Shown here: one piece after another, positions 56,914 through 64,000 of the stretch
Position numbering within the stretch: position 1 is the stretch's first letter
Layout of the letters: every line of letters starts with the position of its first letter
Source of the DNA: Desulfuromonadales bacterium
GTDB taxonomy: Bacteria; Desulfobacterota; Desulfuromonadia; Desulfuromonadales; SZUA-540
Assembly: GCA_033549025.1 (NCBI GenBank)
Contig: JAWSUS010000014.1
Location: forward strand, 20,622 to 84,621
Direction of reading: 5' to 3'
DNA: 64,000 nucleotides
The notes under the pieces: model-generated
Databases searched by the model: none
Told to the model about the DNA's origin: nothing
Seen by the model: only the letters and a program-made list of their open reading frames with translations
Translations under genes and position numbers: made by a program

Positions 56914-59406
56914 ATGGTCGTTATCGAACAAGAAACTACAGAGGCTTTCGTTGAGAATCACTTTGGTGACAGATATTTATTCAGTATAAACCGTGAGGCC
57001 TTTAATCGGGTTGGATCTGCTACCCTTTACAAAACCTGGTTTGGTGACTCTTTGTTTGAGGAAGATACTCTCAATATTTTGGTGGGGACGGATTCAGGGC
57101 TTCTGCCAAAATATATTTTTGAAAAAGGCATTCCTTCTGGGAGCAGATACCTCTTTATTGAACTGCCAGAGGTTGATTCTGTTCTGAAAAAAGAATTGGA
57201 CTGGAATGCTTACCCTGAAAGTCTAAGCTGTGTTGAACTTGACCATCTCTTCTTCGAACCACTTCTAACAACGCTCCAACAGTATCAGTTTTTGAACCGG
57301 ATCGTCTTGCGCAAATCATTGGCGGCAGAAGATGCGTATCTGCCCGAATATGCCACTCTTTTTGGTATGGTTCACCAGGCGCTCGAGCATTTCGCCTGGC
57401 AGGTTAACGGGAGTCTGGGAAATGAGGCGTTCATTCGCAAACAGTTGGAAAATGTAGCGGAAAATAGAATGCCGGCCACTTACCTTATGGGGATTTTTCC
57501 TGGAAAAACAGCAATTATCCTGGCGGGCGGTCCATCTTTGGACGACATCTTCCCCTGGCTATTGGCCAACCGGGACAAGGTTGTCGTATTGGCGGTGTCC
57601 AGAGTGTGCAGGCGGTTAATCGAAGTTGGCCTTGAGCCGGACCTCGTGTTTTCTATCGATCCTCACGAGGTGAGTTTTGATGTCAGCAAAGATCTCCTTC
57701 GCTTTCAGGAGAAAACCCTATTTGTCAATCTCTATCACGTGGTCTCCTCCCTGTTAGGGCAGTGGCGTGGCCGCAGTGTCTATGTCGGTCCTCGGTTTCC
57801 TTGGGAGTCTCCATTGAATGTGGATACCCTCCCTGCTCCCGGGCCTACCGTTACCAACTTGGCCTTGTCAACTGCCGTTGAAATGGGTTTTTCCCAGATT
57901 GTCCTGGCCGGGCTTGATCTCTGTTTCAGCAAGGAGGGATTCACACACGCCCGTGGCAGCAATGAACGCCAGGCAGGTCCACAGCTGCACGAAGTGCGAA
58001 GCCAGGTAGAAACCAACGGCGGATGGATGGCAGAAACCGATTCGGCTTTTGCCGAGGCCATTGAACAGATTGGATACCAGGCAGGGTCTGCCAGAGATCG
58101 GGGTGTCACCCTAATAAACCCCGCAGCGGGGGCGGCCAAAATTCCAAATGTCACCCATATCCCTGTCGAGAAGATTGATATGCCGGTACAGGAACAATCC
58201 ATCTACGATACCTTGCAGGCTCACCTGCCGCAGGAGACATCGGCCAGTCGCATAAAATATTATCGTACTGTCCTTGATGAACTGGCTCAGGCCAATGCAA
58301 GCCTGCGCCAGATCAAAAAATTAGCTTCTGAGGCTCTTGTTGCCAATGCTGGTCTGTTTGGGCGAAACGGCCTGGATGCTGACTTTCGATATAAAACTAA
58401 AATGGACGGGATTGAAAAAAAGTTAAACGAGAAATATTCAGCCTTTGTGCCTCTAGTTAAAAAATACGGCATCCGTCATTTTATCAAGATAAGCAGAGTG
58501 GATTCTGCGAAGGAGTGGAGCGATAACGAAATAGAAAAGACAGGCCAAGTCTATTACGAAGCCTATCGGGACAGCGCGGCATCCCTGCTTGCCCTCGTAG
58601 AGAATGCTCAGGAGCGGGTGCGTACTCGATTGGAAGAAGAAAAACCGCACCCTGATTTTAAGCAGCTAATCAAACAATGGCAAAAAGATGGTCAGCCTGG
58701 CAGAGTTTTAGTCTGGAAAGAACGAAGTGTGGTCACTAGTACAGAACTACCCCCGGAAATCCGTCAACAGGTAGCTTGCCTTGAGAAGGAGTTCGCTATT
58801 CAGTTAGACAACCGGGAAACGGCGCACATGGCCAGAAGCCGCAGGTACGCTAATCTGTCCGGTGTAACCAACAAGGCTCTTTTCCTTTTTAAAAACAAAG
58901 AAAAAGAAAGACTTCGAAATCTGGCCGAGGCATTATCGATGCATCCTGACCCCGTGGCGAAGAAATACTTGTTGCTCGTCCAAGGTTACCTGTCAGAGTT
59001 GAACTGTGATGACCCCCTGGCGCTTGAACACTACCTTTCTCTTGTGTCCGAGGAGAATGCTTATCTGCTCGAAGATGTCCTGCGGCGTATCGCTTCACTT
59101 TCCCTAACCACCAACCATGCAGATAACGCTCTGATGGCGCTCGAATACCTTTCCTCCATATCGGCAGTGTATATGCCGCAACTTGCAGAGTTACAGCGTT
59201 TAATGGGAATGCATCGCCAATCCCTTGACACTTACGCAAACTATCTAGAGAAAGCCCCTGGAGATGTGGTCACTATGCTTAAATTGGGACAATTTTATTC
59301 AGAATTGGGAATCGTGGAAGGCTGTCGGCTGATGTATCGCAGTGTTCTTGAGGTCGATCCGGACAATAAGGTAGCCATGAAGTTGCTAGAAAAGGTTAAA
59401 GATTAA
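56914..59406 (+). CDS. motility-associated factor (Maf/DUF115) flagellin glycosyltransferase-like protein with C-terminal TPRs
   Basis: Motifs AIILAGGPSL, PDLVFSIDP, TVTNLA and GLDLCF; TPR-like C-terminus; directly upstream of fliC. Confidence 0.85.
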   Translation: MVVIEQETTEAFVENHFGDRYLFSINREAFNRVGSATLYKTWFGDSLFEEDTLNILVGTDSGLLPKYIFEKGIPSGSRYLFIELPEVDSVLKKELDWNAYPESLSCVELDHLFFEPLLTTLQQYQFLNRIVLRKSLAAEDAYLPEYATLFGMVHQALEHFAWQVNGSLGNEAFIRKQLENVAENRMPATYLMGIFPGKTAIILAGGPSLDDIFPWLLANRDKVVVLAVSRVCRRLIEVGLEPDLVFSIDPHEVSFDVSKDLLRFQEKTLFVNLYHVVSSLLGQWRGRSVYVGPRFPWESPLNVDTLPAPGPTVTNLALSTAVEMGFSQIVLAGLDLCFSKEGFTHARGSNERQAGPQLHEVRSQVETNGGWMAETDSAFAEAIEQIGYQAGSARDRGVTLINPAAGAAKIPNVTHIPVEKIDMPVQEQSIYDTLQAHLPQETSASRIKYYRTVLDELAQANASLRQIKKLASEALVANAGLFGRNGLDADFRYKTKMDGIEKKLNEKYSAFVPLVKKYGIRHFIKISRVDSAKEWSDNEIEKTGQVYYEAYRDSAASLLALVENAQERVRTRLEEEKPHPDFKQLIKQWQKDGQPGRVLVWKERSVVTSTELPPEIRQQVACLEKEFAIQLDNRETAHMARSRRYANLSGVTNKALFLFKNKEKERLRNLAEALSMHPDPVAKKYLLLVQGYLSELNCDDPLALEHYLSLVSEENAYLLEDVLRRIASLSLTTNHADNALMALEYLSSISAVYMPQLAELQRLMGMHRQSLDTYANYLEKAPGDVVTMLKLGQFYSELGIVEGCRLMYRSVLEVDPDNKVAMKLLEKVKD

Positions 59407-59455
59407 AGAAAGTGACCCGCACCGTTAATTTTTTCGAAATAAACAAAAAATATCC

Positions 59456-59483
59456 TAAACATTTCCTCCCTCGTCTCCGATAA
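59456..59483 (+). promoter_or_regulatory. sigma28 promoter of fliC
   Basis: TAAA-N16-TCCGATAA. Confidence 0.75.
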
Positions 59484-59578
59484 GAATGACAAGCCGGGAA
59501 AATACTAGGAAAGGAGGATGACAAGAACCGCGATGCAACATCTTCCTGGCGACGGCAATATCCCAATATAAAACTTAA

Positions 59579-59612
59579 GGGCAAGGAAGCCCGCACTCAA
59601 ACTCACGGAGGA
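59579..59612 (+). promoter_or_regulatory. CsrA-binding sites in the fliC leader
   Basis: GGGC-AAGGAA-GCCC hexaloop hairpin plus ACGGAGGA overlapping the SD. Confidence 0.7.
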
Positions 59613-59619
59613 TTAAACC

Positions 59620-60462
59620 ATGGCACTTACAATTAACACGAACATCGGCTCTCTTAACGCTCAGCGTAACCTCAACCAGACTCAGGGCGGTCTGAGCAAA
59701 GCAATGCAGCGCCTTTCTTCTGGTCTGCGTATTAACAGTGCTAAGGACGATGCTGCCGGTCTGGCCATCTCTGACCGTATGACCGCCCAGATCCGTGGCC
59801 TCAATCAGGCCGTGCGTAACGCCAACGACGGCATCTCTCTGGCTCAAACCGCTGAGGGAGCTTTGCAGGAAACCACCAATATTCTTCAGCGCATGCGCGA
59901 ATTGGCTGTTCAGTCGTCCAATGACACCAACAGTGATGAAGATCGGGCTTCCCTGAATGCCGAATTCAGCCAGTTGATTGAAGAAATTGACCGTATCGCT
60001 GATACTACCTCGTTCAACGGAAAGGTTTTGCTTGCCGGCGATTACGCTTCAGGTGTTGGCAGTGCTGTTTTCCAGGTTGGTGCCAACTCTGGACAGACTA
60101 TTGCCATAAATATTGGTAATGCTAAGGCGTCAGCTCTCGGAACCACTGCTACTCTGAGTAGTTTGACTATTTCGGTCTTTGCTGACGCTCAGGGGGCAAT
60201 TACAGCCGTTGATGAGGCGATCACTCAAGTTGACGGCATTCGGGGCAATCTTGGCGCTGTTCAAAACCGCTTCGAGTCCACCATCGCCAACCTGTCTAAT
60301 GTCACCGAAAACCTCTCTGCTGCTCGCAGCCGTATCCTTGACGCAGACATCGCTGCCGAGACTTCGGAAATGACCAAGTTCAACATCCTGCAGCAGGCGG
60401 GCGTTTCGATTTTGGCCCAGGCCAATCAGACCCCCCAACTGGCACTCTCCCTTCTCGGGTAA
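59620..60462 (+). CDS. fliC: flagellin
   Basis: Motifs RLSSGLRINSAKDDAAG and LGAVQNRF; 280 aa with a very short variable region. Confidence 0.97.
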   Translation: MALTINTNIGSLNAQRNLNQTQGGLSKAMQRLSSGLRINSAKDDAAGLAISDRMTAQIRGLNQAVRNANDGISLAQTAEGALQETTNILQRMRELAVQSSNDTNSDEDRASLNAEFSQLIEEIDRIADTTSFNGKVLLAGDYASGVGSAVFQVGANSGQTIAINIGNAKASALGTTATLSSLTISVFADAQGAITAVDEAITQVDGIRGNLGAVQNRFESTIANLSNVTENLSAARSRILDADIAAETSEMTKFNILQQAGVSILAQANQTPQLALSLLG

Positions 60463-60485
60463 TTTGCGGATCGTTCTGCAGACAT

Positions 60486-60514
60486 GGGGGCCGGGTTCCT
60501 CCGGCCCCCTTTTT
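60486..60514 (+). terminator. terminator/attenuator between fliC and flaG
   Basis: GGGGGCCGG-gttcct-CCGGCCCCC followed by T5. Confidence 0.8.
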
Positions 60515-60537
60515 CCGCGTGAGAAGGGTAGGGTTTC

Positions 60538-60882
60538 ATGAAGATAGAATCTCTGGCCGTGGCCGCCATAAAGGGAGAGCCTGAACGAGCTTCCTCAGAG
60601 AATGTGGAACGGGAGCGAAGACAGGCGCAGGAATCAACGGAATCCTCCAGTGGAAAAAGCAAGGTGCAAGCCGAGGAACTGTTGGGGAAGATCAAGGAAT
60701 TGACTGAAGACGGCACCTATAGTGTCCGTTTTGAAATGGACGATAAGGTGGATCGACTGGTTATTCGCCTGGTCGATTCACAGACCGGCGAAGAAATCCG
60801 CCAGGTTCCCGCCGAAGAAGTTCTGAATGGCCTGCAAGTTATGCGTAATCTGCGTGGCAACATCATCGATGTGGCGAGCTGA
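60538..60882 (+). CDS. flaG: flagellar protein FlaG
   Basis: Motif LVDSQTGEEIRQVPAEE. Confidence 0.9.
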   Translation: MKIESLAVAAIKGEPERASSENVERERRQAQESTESSSGKSKVQAEELLGKIKELTEDGTYSVRFEMDDKVDRLVIRLVDSQTGEEIRQVPAEEVLNGLQVMRNLRGNIIDVAS

Positions 60883-60903
60883 AGGCAGGGAGAGAGGATT
60901 AAT

Positions 60904-62235
60904 ATGGCCATCACCTTGGGTGGACTCGCAACCGGTATGGATACCAATGCTCTGATTGACCAGTTGATGTCGATCGAGCGTCGTCCCATCACCCGTCTGG
61001 AGAGCGAAAGAAAATACCTGAGCAGTCGGCTGGACGCTTTCAGTTCTTTTGACGGTAAGCTGAAAGACCTGAAGGCTAAAATCGACGCACTGGACAGTGA
61101 TACGGAAGTCCGTTCGTATTCGGTTACGACGGGCTCTGACGAATTCTTTACCGCGACCGCGGACAGCACCGCTCTGCCGGGCAGCTACCAGCTGGAAGTC
61201 AAAAATCTGGCCCAACTGCAGAAGGACGTCAGCGGTGGCTACGCCAGCAAAACTGAGGCTGCCTTCGGACAAGGGACCATCACCATTAATGGTACGGCTA
61301 TCGCCTACGATGGCGACTCTCTTACCGGCATCATGGATAAAATCAATGCGGCCAACACGGGCGATGCGGCAACCGGGGTTTCGGCCTCCATCATTAATGA
61401 TGGCGTCACGGGCTATCGGCTTGTTCTGACCGGGGGTGACCCGTTTTCCCCCTTTTCTGTAGGTGGCTCCGAATCAGTAGCCGGTACCTATGCGGCGCCC
61501 ACTTTCAGTAATGTGCAAGCGGCCAAGCCGGCCACCATTCTGCTTGACAACATCGAGATCCAGAGTGCAAGCAATACCTTCAGCAATACCATCCCGGGAG
61601 TGACTTTTACGGTTGGCAAGGCCAATGCGCCTGGCGAAACCACGGGCGTCACCGTTGCTGTGGATCAAAAGGCCATTGCAGATAAGTTGAATGCCTTCGT
61701 GAATGCCTACAATGGCGTCGTCCAGTTCGTCAAAGACCAGGCGGATGCCAGTTGGGGAAAAGATTCGGCCTTTCGTTCTGTCACGCGTCGAATGCAGGGT
61801 TTTCTCACCACGGCGGTTTCGGCAGCAGGCAGTTTCAACACCTTGTCGCAACTCGGCCTTAAAACAGAAAAAGATGGTACTCTGACCATTGACAGCACGC
61901 GCTTAAACGACGCCACGGCCCAGGATTTGGAAAGTGTGGTGGCTCTTTTGGCTGGAGATGGCACGTCCAGCGGAATTGCTAAAGAGTTCTCTGGGTATCT
62001 TGATGCCATAACCAATTCCAGCGATGGCATTCTGGCCAGCCGTAAAACGACGACAGAAACAAGCACCAGAAAGATCGATCGAGACATTGATCGGCTTGAA
62101 GTTCGCATGGGGCAGCGTGAAAAAGTTTTACGCGCCCAGTTTACAGCCATGGAAAATCTTGTGGCGGCCATGAACTCACAGAGCAATTATCTCGCCCAAC
62201 AAATGACCGCAATTGCCAACTTAGGGGGGCAGTAA
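60904..62235 (+). CDS. fliD: flagellar filament cap protein FliD
   Basis: Motifs GLATGMDT, FVNAYN, DGTLTID and QFTAME. Confidence 0.95.
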   Translation: MAITLGGLATGMDTNALIDQLMSIERRPITRLESERKYLSSRLDAFSSFDGKLKDLKAKIDALDSDTEVRSYSVTTGSDEFFTATADSTALPGSYQLEVKNLAQLQKDVSGGYASKTEAAFGQGTITINGTAIAYDGDSLTGIMDKINAANTGDAATGVSASIINDGVTGYRLVLTGGDPFSPFSVGGSESVAGTYAAPTFSNVQAAKPATILLDNIEIQSASNTFSNTIPGVTFTVGKANAPGETTGVTVAVDQKAIADKLNAFVNAYNGVVQFVKDQADASWGKDSAFRSVTRRMQGFLTTAVSAAGSFNTLSQLGLKTEKDGTLTIDSTRLNDATAQDLESVVALLAGDGTSSGIAKEFSGYLDAITNSSDGILASRKTTTETSTRKIDRDIDRLEVRMGQREKVLRAQFTAMENLVAAMNSQSNYLAQQMTAIANLGGQ

Positions 62236-62237
62236 TA

Positions 62238-62669
62238 ATGAATGCCTATATGAACCAATACCAGAATAATCAGGTTTCCACCGCGACACCGGAACAACTC
62301 CTTGTCATGCTCTATGATGGGGCCATCCGTTTTGTTCGGCAGGCGATTGCTGCTCTGGGCACAAAAAATATTGAAGAGAAAGCTCGCTATATTAATAAGG
62401 CGAGTGCTATCGTCAGTGAATTTAGAGCGACTCTCGACCATGAAATTGGCGGAGAAATCGCGGCAGGCCTTGACGACCTTTACGATTTTATGTTGCGTGA
62501 AATGGTAAAAGGAAACATCAAAAATGATCCAGAGCCTTTGCGCGTGGTGGAAAATCTGTTGAGCGACCTGCGCGAAACCTGGATGCAGGCCATCGAGATC
62601 AACCGGCAGGAGAAGGCGCCCGCCCAAGTCCTCACCGCTGAATACAAGCCTTTTCAGGCGGCCCTGTAA
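62238..62669 (+). CDS. fliS: flagellin chaperone FliS
   Basis: Motifs TATPEQLLVMLYDGAI and LDDLYDF. Confidence 0.95.
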   Translation: MNAYMNQYQNNQVSTATPEQLLVMLYDGAIRFVRQAIAALGTKNIEEKARYINKASAIVSEFRATLDHEIGGEIAAGLDDLYDFMLREMVKGNIKNDPEPLRVVENLLSDLRETWMQAIEINRQEKAPAQVLTAEYKPFQAAL

Positions 62670-63076
62670 TGAAGACCCTTGACGCGCTGCTGCAGGCCTC
62701 GATTACGATCTACACGGATCTGCTGCAGCGCATGCAGGCCATGACGGATGAGCTGGCGGACGCCTCGCCCGAGCGGCTGCAGGCCCTGGTGGAAGAGATG
62801 AACTGGCGCCGGCAGGAACTGCGGGGGCAGGACGAAGCGCTGCTGCAGGTTATGCAGGCCGCCGGCGAAGGGGCCAAGGACCATCCGCTTTTGCGTCAGC
62901 GTCAGGAGCTTCTGCAGCGCGTCGAGGCGCAGAACCGATTGATTTCTGAGAAAATCCGTGGCATGATGTCCGTCATTTCGGCCGAAATCGGACAGTTGCG
63001 GGGGGGGATGACGGCCATGTCCGGTTACCGCGGCGAGCGTGACCAGAAAGGCAGCGTCCTTAAAAAGTCCTGCTGA
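62669..63076 (+). CDS. putative flagellar chaperone (FliT/FlgN-like helical protein)
   Basis: All-helical, C-terminal GY motif, overlaps the fliS stop. Confidence 0.6.
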   Translation: MKTLDALLQASITIYTDLLQRMQAMTDELADASPERLQALVEEMNWRRQELRGQDEALLQVMQAAGEGAKDHPLLRQRQELLQRVEAQNRLISEKIRGMMSVISAEIGQLRGGMTAMSGYRGERDQKGSVLKKSC

Positions 63077-63112
63077 TCCCCCTCCCCAGATCATTCCAGC
63101 AAGGATTCATCC

Positions 63113-63787
63113 GTGTCCTCCTTAACGCTTCTCAGTCACTTGCAAGAGCCCAAGGTCGTGCGTGTCTTCGTGCCGCTGAAAAACGGCGACCGCAAACGCC
63201 TGGACGGTGTGGCCAAGGTTGTCAACGACACCCTGGTCGAAGTCAGCTTCTTGCCTGATCAACTGCCCGTCTCCGATATTGAAACCCTCCAAAAGGCCTT
63301 GATTTCCCTCGATACAGGCGACGGTACGCTGTCGTTGAACTGCTCCATCGAGAAGATCGTCAGTGACGAGAAACTCTTGCTGATGGCGACCGAATCGATC
63401 AGCCACGAGCAAAAGCGCGAGTGGTTTCGGGTGGACGGGAACTTCGCCGTCAAGTACTGGCCGGTCACGGAAAAAGGGGCCCCCAATGGTGATACCGTCA
63501 CGGGAGAGACCATCGATATCAGCGGCGGTGGCGTGCGTCTGGCGGTCAAAGAGTGCCTGCCGGTGCGAACCCGTCTGCGCATGGAGATCGAGATGGCTGA
63601 CCACGGCGAGAAAGTCACCTGCATCGGTCGCGTCATGCGCGTGATCCGCACCTTCAGCGGTCGTTCGCAGATGGGGGTGCAGTTTGAGGATATGGAAAAC
63701 GAAGAAAGGGATAAGATCGTGGCCTTCTGTCTGGCCGAGCAGCGGCGGCAGTTGCGCCTGAAAGTTCAGGTGGCGGGGACGCTTTAG
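63113..63787 (+). CDS. PilZ-domain c-di-GMP receptor (YcgR/flagellar brake-like)
   Basis: QKREWFRV (RxxxR) and DISGGG motifs; GTG start. Confidence 0.88.
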   Translation: MSSLTLLSHLQEPKVVRVFVPLKNGDRKRLDGVAKVVNDTLVEVSFLPDQLPVSDIETLQKALISLDTGDGTLSLNCSIEKIVSDEKLLLMATESISHEQKREWFRVDGNFAVKYWPVTEKGAPNGDTVTGETIDISGGGVRLAVKECLPVRTRLRMEIEMADHGEKVTCIGRVMRVIRTFSGRSQMGVQFEDMENEERDKIVAFCLAEQRRQLRLKVQVAGTL

Positions 63788-63814
63788 CCATTTATTTGTA
63801 ATATGTGTTTTTTG

Positions 63815-63846
63815 AGGGCCTCTGCCGTAATGGTGGGGGCTTTTTT
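63815..63846 (+). terminator. rho-independent terminator after the PilZ gene
   Basis: GCCTCTGCC/GGTGGGGGC stem (with G-U pairs) followed by T6. Confidence 0.65.
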
Positions 63847-64000
63847 AATTTGTGAAAGGTGGGAAAACCTTTAAGACCGGCGGGTTGCGCCCCGCCTTGA
63901 CGCCTTCCTTTTCTTGCTCGTCCAAGAAAGATGGCCTCGCAAAAAACACATTAAACACAAGTGGCTGAAATTACATAAATAATAGCAAATTTTGACTTTT

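Noticed and set aside
1..64000. CRISPR arrays, tRNA/rRNA genes, transposases, prophage or defence genes
   Set aside because: None seen; almost all sequence is accounted for by metabolic, chemotaxis and flagellar genes

Overview
High-GC bacterial DNA. Gene order and content point to a Desulfuromonadales (Desulfuromonas/Geobacter-like) deltaproteobacterium; this is inference. There are three blocks. (1) 1-10.6 kb: an anaerobic acyl-CoA beta-oxidation region (FadN-like hydratase/dehydrogenase, thiolase, acyl-CoA dehydrogenase, MBL hydrolase, chalcone-isomerase-fold protein, SDR), a LiuR-like MerR regulator with candidate operators, and a membrane Fe-S ETF:quinone oxidoreductase with etfBA. (2) 10.7-22 kb, minus strand: a chemosensory operon (cheA-cheR-cheB-cheD-HDOD-cheY-cheX-like-cheY-cheX-cheX-tandem CheC protein) followed by a sigma54 enhancer-binding protein. 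It has no MCP and no stand-alone CheW. (3) 22.5-63.8 kb, plus strand: an essentially complete flagellar supercluster, including csrA-fliW, a Maf-type flagellin modification gene, fliC and a PilZ protein. Main observations: a CheA with two Hpt domains and a tandem MshEN-like c-di-GMP motif; a GTCA-N6-TGAC enhancer at fixed spacing from three sigma54 promoters; a two-hairpin RNA between an RNase-like 'flagellar operon protein' and flgE; five CheX/CheC-type domains in one operon; a probable 1-nt frameshift in the MerR gene; a compositionally distinct flagellin module; and short palindromic repeat elements.
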